A stretch of 64,000 nt of DNA from Dehalococcoidia bacterium (GTDB taxonomy: Bacteria; Chloroflexota; Dehalococcoidia; Lucifugimonadales; Australimonadaceae). Below the pieces are notes generated by a model that was given only the letters and a program-made list of their open reading frames with translations, ran no database searches and had not been told where the DNA came from. This document shows positions 29,826-38,283 of the stretch, piece after piece. A program made the translations under genes and the position numbers. The stretch covers positions 465,948 through 529,947 of the forward strand of contig OZ242348.1 in assembly GCA_965208625.1 (NCBI GenBank), in the 5' to 3' direction. Numbering within the stretch: position 1 is the first letter of the stretch; every line of letters begins with the position of its first letter.

Positions 29826-31232
29826 CTAGTTCGACGGGAGGCGGATAGTCACCGTTGCGCCCCGACCGGGTCCGTCGCTCGCCACGGCGACAGTGCCTCC
29901 ATGCGCTTCGACTATAGTCCGGGTGATGGCTAACCCGAGGCCGGTGCCGCCTATCCCGTGGCTGCGCGACTGGTCGGTACGGTAGAAGCGTTCGAACACG
30001 TTTGGAAGGCCCGCGGCATCGATGCCGATTCCGTCGTCAGCGATCGAGACGGCCAGTGCGTCGCCGCTTTCCAACCACGTCCTGATCACGATGCGCCCTC
30101 CGGCGTTGGTGCAACGGATGGCGTTGCTCAGCACGTTCCCCAGTGCTTGGCTCATCCGCATCCGGTCGAAGCGCGTCTCCGGCAGGTCGCCGGACACTTC
30201 CAGCGAGAGCGAGACCTGTCGGGCCTCGGCCTGCGGCTGCCAGCGCTCCGCCTCCGCGGCGAGCAGTTCGCGGACCGAACCTGCCTCCAGCGTGAGCCGC
30301 AACTCCCCGTGGTCCGTCTCCGCCAGCCAGTTCAGGTCCGTTACCAGCCCGCGCAGCCGCTCCACTTCCTGGATGATGTGGCCGGAGGCGCTCTCGGCGG
30401 TCTGGAGTCCGTCGCGCAACCCCGCCGCCTCCAGTTGGATCACGCTCAGCGGCGTATTCAGCTCATGGGAGACGTCGTTTATCAGCCGCCTGCGGAGCTC
30501 GCGCTGGGTCTCCAGGGATGAGGTCATCCGGTTGAAGGCCACGCTCATCTTTCCCAACTCGTCCGAGGATGTGACCGGCAGCCGGGCCGTATCCCCCTGG
30601 GCTATCGCCTCGGTCGCCTCAGTCAAAGCCGCCACGGGAGCCGTGACCCGCTTCGACAACCAGGCGGCCAGCAGTATGGCGACGCCCACCGTCACCGCCC
30701 CGCCGGCCAGGACGATGTACAGGAGCGTGCTGAGGAACCCGTGCGACTCGGTCGACAGGAACGCTCGATTGACGTCCACGTAGACGTGCCCCACGGGCCG
30801 GTTCGCCGCGAGATCGAACACCGTCTCACGGCGACCCGCCAGGTCGGACGCGGCGGCGCCGCGCGCCAGGACGGACAAGTTGTCTCGCACCACGCGTCCG
30901 TTTACGTCGGCTACGACGATTCGCACCTGGTCATTGTGGAAGAGTTCCGACGATTCGCCCTCGCTTCCTTCATGCTCCCCGCTCTCCCGGACTCCCTCAT
31001 AGGCGTATCCGGCCTCGGACAGTGCGGTGTCTACGGTTCCCCAGCCGGCGGCGGCGGTGTACTCCCGGCTCAGGTCACGCGCCAGTTGGACCGCCTCGTC
31101 GTTGCCTATCCGGTCCACGAACACGTCCAGCCGGGACTGCGTCGCGTAGTAACCCACGCCGACGCTGATCAACACAGTGAGGACGACGATAAAGATGGTC
31201 GCGCCCATGATGCGCCAGCGCAGCGACATCAC
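29826..31232 (-). CDS. Membrane sensor histidine kinase (2 TM, HAMP, HisKA, HATPase)
   Basis: SHELNTPLSVI H-box, NVLSNAIR, DDGIGI and GLGLAITR. ATGA overlap with the upstream response regulator gene. Confidence 0.9.
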   Translation of the reverse strand: MMSLRWRIMGATIFIVVLTVLISVGVGYYATQSRLDVFVDRIGNDEAVQLARDLSREYTAAAGWGTVDTALSEAGYAYEGVRESGEHEGSEGESSELFHNDQVRIVVADVNGRVVRDNLSVLARGAAASDLAGRRETVFDLAANRPVGHVYVDVNRAFLSTESHGFLSTLLYIVLAGGAVTVGVAILLAAWLSKRVTAPVAALTEATEAIAQGDTARLPVTSSDELGKMSVAFNRMTSSLETQRELRRRLINDVSHELNTPLSVIQLEAAGLRDGLQTAESASGHIIQEVERLRGLVTDLNWLAETDHGELRLTLEAGSVRELLAAEAERWQPQAEARQVSLSLEVSGDLPETRFDRMRMSQALGNVLSNAIRCTNAGGRIVIRTWLESGDALAVSIADDGIGIDAAGLPNVFERFYRTDQSRSHGIGGTGLGLAITRTIVEAHGGTVAVASDGPGRGATVTIRLPSN

Positions 31233-31906
31233 ACGTCCTCCGTCACGAACCTGTAACCCCCGCCGTAGACGGTCTGGATCGGCTGTCTGCCGTCGCGGTT
31301 GATCTGTTTTCGGAGGCGGGCCACCTGGCTGTCGATGGCGCGGTCGAACCCTTCGAACTCTTCGTTGAAGGCCAACGAGATCAGCTGATCGCGCGTGAGC
31401 AGTTGGTTGGGGTGGCGCATGAACGTCGACAGCAGGGCGGTCTGCCCCTGGCTCAGCGTCACGGGCTCTTCATCGACGGTCACAACTCCGGTGGTCTCGT
31501 TCAGGGTGATGTTGCCGCGCGTCAGCACCTGCTGGACCTTGCCCTTGACACGGCGGAGCACCGCCTCGGCGCGTGCGATGACCTCATCCGGGTCGAAGGG
31601 CTTGACGATGTAATCGTCGGCGCCGCTGTCCAGTCCGTTGATGCGTTCGACGGGGGCCTCCCTGGCCGTCAGCATGATGATCGGAACGTCCGACTCCCGG
31701 CGCAGTATCCTGCACAGTTCCACCCCGTCGAGACGGGGAAGCATGAGGTCGAGGATGATCAGGTCCGGGGCGAGGTCGCGGGCCAGGGCAAGGCCGGATT
31801 CACCGTCGTGAGTAACCTCGGCGGAGAACCCGGCTCGCTCGAAGTACACCCTGACCCAGTTTGCGATCCTTGTATCGTCTTCGACGATCAGTACGGTGCC
31901 GCTCAT
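31229..31906 (-). CDS. OmpR-family response regulator
   Basis: VLIVEDD ... IILDLMLPRLDG ... KPF plus a winged helix (YGGGYRF). Start trimmed to ATG 31906. Confidence 0.9.
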   Translation of the reverse strand: MSGTVLIVEDDTRIANWVRVYFERAGFSAEVTHDGESGLALARDLAPDLIILDLMLPRLDGVELCRILRRESDVPIIMLTAREAPVERINGLDSGADDYIVKPFDPDEVIARAEAVLRRVKGKVQQVLTRGNITLNETTGVVTVDEEPVTLSQGQTALLSTFMRHPNQLLTRDQLISLAFNEEFEGFDRAIDSQVARLRKQINRDGRQPIQTVYGGGYRFVTEDV

Positions 31907-32195
31907 CGCTGGTCCTTTCGGAGTCACGTTGGACGCGGCGCCTGAAGAGGCGCCGCGTCCGTCTGCGGGTGCCTCCGTGGCCGGATTATATCCGGCCACG
32001 GACCGGCTCTAGCCGCTGCCCCGCTCACCGCCGGAGCCGTGCTCGCCACCGCTGCCTTCACTACTGCCGCCGCCGGAGCCGTGCTCGCCGCCGGAACCTT
32101 CGCCGCCGGATTCACTGCCTTCACCGCCGCCACCGGAACCGTGCTCGCCACCGGCCTCGCCGCCACCAGCCTCGCCGCCACCAGCCTCGCCGCCG

Positions 32196-32500
32196 CCGAC
32201 CTCGGCATGCGCCACCCATCCGGTGAACGAAGCCTGCGTCGAGGGCAGGAGGACCATCGCTGTCTGGCCTGGGGCCAGGTCTGCGGGCGTTGTCGGCCCG
32301 AGCTCGGTGCCGTTGGAGAGGTGCACCTCGATCCTGACCCTGGTGAGGGTGCTGTTGGTCGTGTTCTCGACCGTGCCGATGAAGGCGTTGCTTGCGGCGT
32401 CGTAGTTCAGGATCAGCCGCGCGCCGCTGCGGACCATGTCGAAGGTCTGGTCGGGCGCCAGCATGGCCGCGCTGCCTTCCTCGCTGCCGGATGCGCCGGA
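32196..32500. repeat. Intragenic ~305-bp repeat, copy 2 (domain LAPDQTFD ... ENTTNSTLTRVRIEVHLSNGTELGPTTP ... FTGWVAHAE)
   Basis: Aligns by eye with 33063..33370 at roughly 80-85% identity. Confidence 0.8.
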
Positions 32501-33062
32501 CTCGCCGCTGCCTTCGCTGCCGGAGCCTTCGCTCCCGCCTTCGCCGCCGGGACCGTGCCCTTCGCCTCCGGCTCCTTCGCCGCCGCTGCCCTCAGCGCCT
32601 TCTCCGCCGGTGTGCGGCAGGGGGCCGGGGCCGGCGCAGTCGAACACTTCCATATGGACGACGTACCCGTCGAAGGAGACTCCCGCGAGGCCCGGTTCGC
32701 TGGCAACTGACACGCTGGACACTGCCTGCTGCCCCGGAGCCAGATCCCCCAGCACGTCGGGGCCGAGCTCGCCCACCGTCTGCGTCCCCGACTTCAGGTG
32801 CGGTTCCGCCTGCACGTAGCAGAGCGTCTGCGACAACGTGTTCCGCACCGTCGCCTGGACGGACTGCGTTGCCGCGTCGTACCGCGCGGAGATCGCGAGC
32901 CCGCCGAGAACGCCGCTCCAGGTCTGGTCGAGGGGCGTGATGGGGCTGGACATGAGGGCTTCCATCGCGGCCTCATTGCCGCTCTCGGGGCCTTCGGGAC
33001 CGTCGGGGCCGCTTTCGCCACCCTCACCTCCGGCCTCGCCGGACTGGCCTCCCTCGCCGCCG

Positions 33063-33370
33063 CCGACTCTGCGTGCGCTATCCACCCGGTGAACGACGCC
33101 TGAGTCGAGGGCAGAGCGACCGCCATGACCTCGCCGGGAGCCAGGTCTATCGGCGTAGTCGGCCCGAGTTCGGTGCCGTTCGAGAGGTGGACCTCGATCC
33201 TGACCCTCGTCAGGGTGCTGTTGGTCGTGTTCTCGACGGTGCCGACGAAGGCGTTGCTCGCGGAGTCGAAATTCATGACCAGCCGCGCGCCGCCGCGGAC
33301 CGCGTCGAAGGTCTGGTCGGGCGCGAGGGTGGCCGCGCTGGCCTCTTCGCCGCCGGATGCACCGGACTCG
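33063..33370. repeat. Intragenic ~305-bp repeat, copy 1
   Basis: See copy 2. The two copies encode near-identical 75-aa cores. Confidence 0.8.
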
Positions 33371-33754
33371 CTGCCTTCACTGCCTTCACTGCCTTCACCG
33401 CCGGAGCCTTCGCCACCGGAGCCGTGCTCGCCGCCGGAGCCCTCGCTCGCCTGGGCGCGTTCGCCGTTCTCGGGGCCTTCCGACCCCCGCTCGCCCGTGC
33501 AACCGGTGAGCATCAAAGCCAGGAGCATGACCCCCAGCGCCATCCAGGACAGGAACCTCTTCGTCACTGACTTCATGCGGATCATCGCTTCACCTCCTAT
33601 GTGAGAGATCCGTGACAACCCTCACGATAGGAGTGAAATGTGGCAGGAATATGTCGCCGGGCAGCAGTTTTTCCGCCCTCAGCCCCACCTGGACCAGGGG
33701 CTTGCGGTGCCATGAATAGAAACTGGACCGGGGCGCCTCCGCCGTCACTCAGGA

Positions 33755-33786
33755 GGCGGGATTCCTGCCTACGCAGGAACGACGAA
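33755..33786. repeat. REP-like hairpin, family TTCCTGC-N4-GCAGGAA
   Basis: ggcgggaTTCCTGCctacGCAGGAAcgacgaa. The same element in reverse orientation occurs at 46556..46575 and 46942..46961. Confidence 0.6.
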
Positions 33787-33898
33787 ACCGGCTGCCGCCC
33801 TCGTATTCACCCGCATGGGCCGCACCTGGCGCGGGCATGGTCGGATAGCTCCGCCGTGCCGAAGCACTCCCGGATGCTCTTCCGGGCTTCGGCCCTGC

Positions 33899-34876
33899 CT
33901 AGCTGTCCAGCGCCCCAGCGGCGATGAACCCTGCGAGCGGCTGCTTCTGCGGAGTCATGCCGTGCTCGACGGCGAAGGTCTGCACCAGGTCGATGGCCGC
34001 CGCGTTGGCGGCGAGGCCGTAGGCGTAGGGGTTGTCGCCGAACGTCTCGCGCTGGCGCTCCATCATCTCCCGCGCGAAGACGAGTGCTGACGGCGGCTCT
34101 TTCATCGCGCGCTCCATCGTCAGCCGTTGCGCCTCGATGAATGCGTCGAGGAGGCTCTTCGCCGCCCACGGATGCGCGTCGAGCATGCTCTTGCGGACGA
34201 TGGTCGCGTGATGAGCGGGAAAGATGCCCGTCCCGGCGTAGTAACGCTCCGACTCCGCGACGCCGTCCGCGAACAGCGGAACGAAGCGTGAGCGGTCGGC
34301 CAGCGGGCCGCTCGCAGGCGGATGGACCGAATACATCGCATCGAGCGCGCCGTCGGCCATCATCTGTTCGAGGTCGTTGGGCGGCGGGTTGATCACGACC
34401 CCCTCCGGCGGACGGAAGGGCTGTGTCTGGCCCGGGATGGTGGGGTCGGGCCTGCCCTGGAACCACTCGACTGCGCTCGGGGCGACGCCGAACTCGTGCT
34501 CCAGGATGCCCCGCGTCCAGAGCGCTGCCGTCATCTGGTAATCGACGACGCCAACGCGCTTGCCGATCATGTCCTCGGGGTGGTCCTGTCGGATGCCTGA
34601 GCCGAGGCGGATCATCGTGTTCACGTAGGAGAAGGTGCGGTTGTGGAAGACGGGCAGGACGCGGTAGTCCCAGCCCAGTGGGATGGCCTGCAGCGTGAAG
34701 GACATCGACATCTCCGAGATGTCGAACTCGTTGCCCTGGAGCTGGCGGCGCCAGATGTCCTGGAGCGGTATGTCATGGTGCTCCAGCGTTATGCCCTCAG
34801 GCCTCACCTCGCCGGTCAGCAGGGGACCGATGCGGTCCCAGGGGGTCATCGCCATCGTCAGTTTCAGGTCGGGCAT
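33899..34876 (-). CDS. PhtD-like protein (4,5-dihydroxyphthalate decarboxylase / NMT1-type periplasmic-binding fold, no signal peptide)
   Basis: MPDLKLTMAMTPWDRIGPLLTGEVRPEGI ... FDISEMSMS ... VLPVFHNRTF. Paralogue at 55900..56952. Start trimmed to ATG 34876 (GAGG upstream). Confidence 0.6.
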   Translation of the reverse strand: MPDLKLTMAMTPWDRIGPLLTGEVRPEGITLEHHDIPLQDIWRRQLQGNEFDISEMSMSFTLQAIPLGWDYRVLPVFHNRTFSYVNTMIRLGSGIRQDHPEDMIGKRVGVVDYQMTAALWTRGILEHEFGVAPSAVEWFQGRPDPTIPGQTQPFRPPEGVVINPPPNDLEQMMADGALDAMYSVHPPASGPLADRSRFVPLFADGVAESERYYAGTGIFPAHHATIVRKSMLDAHPWAAKSLLDAFIEAQRLTMERAMKEPPSALVFAREMMERQRETFGDNPYAYGLAANAAAIDLVQTFAVEHGMTPQKQPLAGFIAAGALDS

Positions 34877-34881
34877 GGTTG

Positions 34882-35459
34882 CTACCTCGTGGGCCACGGT
34901 TTCCAGTTCAGGTCCAATCGCCGCCGCCCGCCGGACATCTCAAGAGCGCGGTCGTCTTCGAGGTGCTCACCGGACGAGCTGTACCCGCCGCCAGGCCTTT
35001 CGAACACTGTCTCCAACCGGTTGCGTCCCCACCATCCCCAAGGGCGGACAACTGCCTCCCGGAACCCGCCCGCCGTCAGGATGTCGACCCGCTCCGTCAG
35101 CCGCTCGATCTCCCTCTCAGCATCCTCGGCGCAGGCGTCACAGCCGCAGATGGGGAACAGCTCGGCGGACCATCGTCCGAATCTGACGCTCAGCCCGGGG
35201 AAGTCCGTGAAAGCCCCGTCAGGGGAGCAGCTTCCGGGTCGGTGGGCCTGAGCGCGATGGTGGGCCGCAGCAGCCCGCGGATCTTCAACTCCTCGTCCAG
35301 GTCGTAGCCTTCGATGCGTTCGACGTCGAACCGCTGCTCCAGTGCCGTGAGCATCTCCAGGGCGGCGTTATGCAACGGCAGGAAGCGCTCCGGGTTGGTT
35401 AACCGGCTGTAGGCTTCCTCGGGCGGCCCCTCGGGTCCCCACCTATCCTGCCTGGACAT
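34882..35459 (-). pseudogene. Conserved hypothetical with a CGCDAC motif (resembles actinobacterial DUF6226, from memory). 1-nt frameshift in a G4 run at 35214..35217.
   Basis: N-terminal part MSRQDRWGPEGPPEEAYSRLTNPERF ... RPTDPEAAPLT ends at TGA 35190. The next frame continues GAFTDFPGLSVRFGRWSAELFPICGCDACAEDAEREIERL ... to TAG 34882. Length is 578 nt, i.e. 3n-1. Confidence 0.55.
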
Positions 35460-35666
35460 GCTGCCATCAACCCCCATCCGCTTTGGGAGATTCCAGCCTA
35501 GCACATGGCTGCGTCCGGTCAGCCTGTCCTTTCGCCGCGCGCTCCAGCCGCCTGGTGCCTGAGCGAGCCGCACGTCCTCCGGCCTGCTATACTCCCCTGC
35601 GGTGCGCGGCAGGCGCTGCCGCCCCATCGAAATGCAACGCGATTCCATGCGGAATAGAGGTGAAAC

Positions 35667-36056
35667 ATGGCGAGGAAGGTGATCCACATCCCCGGCAACT
35701 GGCACGCCGGCCAGCCCATCCCCCCGGCCACCAAAACGGGGCCCATCGTCACGTCCGGCGGCGTCAGCGGACTCAACCCTGACACCAACGAGATGCCGAC
35801 CGACCTGGCGGAGCAGGCCCAGTGGGCGTTCGAGCACGTGCGCCGCATCGTGACCGAGGCCGGCGGCACCACGGACGACATCGCTCACATGAACGTCTAC
35901 GTGAAGAGCCGTGACATCCGGCCGCTCGTGAACGAGCAGTGGGTCGCCATGTTCCCGGACGAGGAGAACCGCCCGACGCGTCACACCATCCAGTACGACG
36001 CGCTCGCTGGCGGCATGGAGATGCAGATCCAGTTCATCGCCTACGTCGGCGGATAG
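35667..36056 (+). CDS. RidA/YjgF/L-PSP family protein
   Basis: 129 aa with the typical C-terminal ... IQFIAYVG. GAGGTGA Shine-Dalgarno. Confidence 0.7.
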   Translation: MARKVIHIPGNWHAGQPIPPATKTGPIVTSGGVSGLNPDTNEMPTDLAEQAQWAFEHVRRIVTEAGGTTDDIAHMNVYVKSRDIRPLVNEQWVAMFPDEENRPTRHTIQYDALAGGMEMQIQFIAYVGG

Positions 36057-36082
36057 TTCCCGTCGACAGGGGAGAGGAAGCG

Positions 36083-36739
36083 ATGGCGGTTGACACGTGG
36101 GTTGAACGGTTGCGCGAGTTGGACACCTGCGCCGTCTCGGACGCGCAGGACAAGCTCGGCATCAAGGGCACCGTCCTCGGCATCCTTCCGTTGTACGAGA
36201 CGGGACGGATCGCCGGACGCGCGGTAACGTTCAAGCTGAAGACGAAGGGCAACGAGACAACGACGCGCCACCTCGGCACAGCCGCCGTTGAAGCCTCGGA
36301 CCCGGGCGACATCATCGTCTGCGACCACCGGGGCAGGACGGACGTGGCGGGCTGGGGCGGCATCCTCTCGACCGCAGCCAAGACGCGCGGCGTCGCGGGC
36401 GTCATCATCGACGGCGCATCACGCGACGTCGACGAGGCGAAGGGTCTCGGTCTGCCGCTCTTCGCGAAGGCGGCGGTGCCGCTCACGGCGCGGAACCGCG
36501 TCGTCGAGGAGTCCACGAACGAGCCCATCGAGATAGGCGGCGTAAGCCTCGCGCCCGGCGACTACGTCATCGCCGACAACAGCGGCATCGTCGTTGTGCC
36601 GCAGGACCGGGTTGCCGAGGTCGTGCCGGAGGCGGAGAGCATCGTCGCTCGTGAGCAGGCGATGGCGCGCGACGTGATGGACGGCAAGTCGGTCGTGGAA
36701 GTGATGGGGATCAACTACGAGCAGATGCTCGCACGCTAG
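36083..36739 (+). CDS. RraA-family protein (HMG/CHA aldolase-like)
   Basis: CAVSDAQDKLG ... GWGGILSTAAKTRGVAGVIIDGASRD. Start trimmed to ATG 36083 (GGAGAGGAAG upstream). Confidence 0.8.
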   Translation: MAVDTWVERLRELDTCAVSDAQDKLGIKGTVLGILPLYETGRIAGRAVTFKLKTKGNETTTRHLGTAAVEASDPGDIIVCDHRGRTDVAGWGGILSTAAKTRGVAGVIIDGASRDVDEAKGLGLPLFAKAAVPLTARNRVVEESTNEPIEIGGVSLAPGDYVIADNSGIVVVPQDRVAEVVPEAESIVAREQAMARDVMDGKSVVEVMGINYEQMLAR

Positions 36740-36751
36740 CATATCTTCCGG

Positions 36752-36774
36752 TCATTCCCGCGAAAGCGGGATCC
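36752..36774. repeat. REP-like hairpin, family CATTCCCGC-N4-GCGGGAATC
   Basis: tcattCCCGCgaaaGCGGGatcc. Related copies at 46659..46682 and 47041..47064. Confidence 0.55.
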
Positions 36775-36798
36775 AGAACGATCGTCAGGAGGAGAACA

Positions 36799-37446
36799 AT
36801 GACGCAGACACTCACTCGCCCGGATGCCGCACTGATCGAGGCGGTACGAGGCATCGGGACCGCGACGTTGCACGAGGCCGGAGGCCAGATCGGCGCGCTG
36901 CCGTCCTACATCAAACCGGTCGTGGCGAACTGGTACATATGCGGCCCGGCGATGACCGTGCTTTCGCCGCCGAAGGACAACCTGTGGCTGCACCGCGGCA
37001 TCTACCACGCGCAGCCCGGTGACGTGATGGTGGTGGACACCGGACACTTCCACGAGGCCGGGTACTGGGGCGAGATCATGACGCACGCCGCGAAGCAGGT
37101 CGGCATGGCCGGTCTCGTGATAGACGGCTGCGTGCGCGACGGCTCCCTCCTGGACGAGTTGTACGAGAGCGGGGAGGGCATACCCGTCTTCTCCGCCGGG
37201 CTCTGCATCAGGGGCACGGGCAAGGACAAGGAAGCCTACGGCGCCATCAACATCCCCGTCCGCATCGGCGAGATATGGGTTTTCCCCGGCGACCTCGTTG
37301 TTGGCGACCGGGACGGCGTCGTTGTCGTGCCGCAGGCGCGCATAGCTGAGGTAACGGAAAAGGCCAAGGCTCGCGAAGAGAAGGAAGCGAACACCATCTC
37401 CCGCCTCAAGCAGGGCGAGCGCACGGTGGACATGTACGGCTTCTAG
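36799..37446 (+). CDS. RraA-family protein (second paralogue)
   Basis: TATLHEAGG ... YWGEIMTHAAKQVGMAGLVIDGCVRD. Confidence 0.8.
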   Translation: MTQTLTRPDAALIEAVRGIGTATLHEAGGQIGALPSYIKPVVANWYICGPAMTVLSPPKDNLWLHRGIYHAQPGDVMVVDTGHFHEAGYWGEIMTHAAKQVGMAGLVIDGCVRDGSLLDELYESGEGIPVFSAGLCIRGTGKDKEAYGAINIPVRIGEIWVFPGDLVVGDRDGVVVVPQARIAEVTEKAKAREEKEANTISRLKQGERTVDMYGF

Positions 37447-37478
37447 GCCCGGTTACGCTGAGGGATATCGAAGGGAAA

Positions 37479-37510
37479 GGCGGCGCGCATGTGCCGCCTC
37501 TCTTTTTTTC
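37479..37510 (+). terminator. Rho-independent terminator after the RraA-like gene
   Basis: GGCGGC-gcgcatgt-GCCGCC followed by TCTCTTTTTTTCC. Confidence 0.75.
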
Positions 37511-37592
37511 CTGCCGCCCGTAGCAGAAACACGTTTCAAAAGGGCAGCGCCAGATGATACAACGTGGTGACTCTTGGGGAGGGGAGGTACGC

Positions 37593-37670
37593 ATGGACAA
37601 GAAGAAGATCATCATCGGGATCATCGCGATAGCGATCGTCCTGACCATCATCATCAACGTAGCGGGATAG
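37593..37670 (+). CDS. Candidate 25-aa single-TM micro-protein (MDKKKIIIGIIAIAIVLTIIINVAG)
   Basis: ATG preceded by GGGGAGGGGAGG 5 nt upstream. Lys-rich N-terminus plus a 20-residue hydrophobic helix. Below the ORF-track cutoff. Confidence 0.4.
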   Translation: MDKKKIIIGIIAIAIVLTIIINVAG

Positions 37671-37673
37671 TGC

Positions 37674-38210
37674 TCAGCCCGGCGGCGGCAGCGTCACCGT
37701 CGCGTCGCCGAGGAAGAGCGGTTCGCCGCGCAGAACGCGCATGAACAGTTCGTGCGTGAGATCGAGGTCGACGCGGTTGTAGTCGACGAGGCGCTGAGGG
37801 TATTCGGCCCATGCGCGCGCGTTCTGCCGGTGGTCCCACGTCACCTTCTCCTCTCCGAACGTGTAGGCGCAGAGCCGGTCCAGGCTGATGCGCCGCCCCG
37901 CCGCCTGCACGATTGCGATCATCAGGTCGTAGTGCTGTTGCACGGCGAGGCCGAGCCCCAACGCGTCACGCATCCAGCGGTCGAGGATCGGGATGTCGAA
38001 GCGTGCGCCGTTGAACGTGACGACGGGGCCGTCGAAGTTGACCACGAGGCTGTGCAGTTGGGCGAGGCTCGCGGGCTCAGCGGTGTACATCCCGTAGAGC
38101 GTGCCCTGCCGCGTGCCGGTCAGGAGCAGCCGGAACCCCTCCGGGAAGTTCTGCATCGACCCGCCCGACGTTTCGACATCCAGTACGAGGAACTCTCCGG
38201 CATCCATCAC
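37674..38210 (-). CDS. DEDDy-type 3'-5' exonuclease / RNase H-like domain protein
   Basis: LVLDVETSG (Exo I), TFNGARFDIPIL (Exo II) and YNRVDLDLT (Exo III with Tyr). Confidence 0.7.
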   Translation of the reverse strand: MMDAGEFLVLDVETSGGSMQNFPEGFRLLLTGTRQGTLYGMYTAEPASLAQLHSLVVNFDGPVVTFNGARFDIPILDRWMRDALGLGLAVQQHYDLMIAIVQAAGRRISLDRLCAYTFGEEKVTWDHRQNARAWAEYPQRLVDYNRVDLDLTHELFMRVLRGEPLFLGDATVTLPPPG

Positions 38211-38283
38211 GACTCGTCAGGATAGCGCAGCGGGAGGGTGCATTGTTCTCTCTCCCTCAGGGAGAGTTCAGGCTGAGGGTGGG

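Larger units (their letters stand above)
32009..33585 (-). pseudogene. Lipoprotein with three beta-rich domains separated by G/E/S/H-rich linkers. The reading frame is broken by a 1-nt deletion near 33066/33067 (true pseudogene or assembly error).
   Basis: ORFs 32794..33618 and 32009..33085 join if one G is restored: copy 2 reads GCC GAG GTC GGC GGC GGC GAG while copy 1 reads GCA GAG TCG GCG GCG GCG AG. Total length is 1577 nt, i.e. 3n-1. Lipobox LTGC after the signal peptide. AGGAGGTGA Shine-Dalgarno before ATG 33585. Confidence 0.65.

Noticed and set aside
35190-35984. 264-aa ORF read as a single gene
   Set aside because: Only its last 89 codons (from ATG 35459) look protein-like. The upstream part is antisense to the RidA gene and its promoter region.
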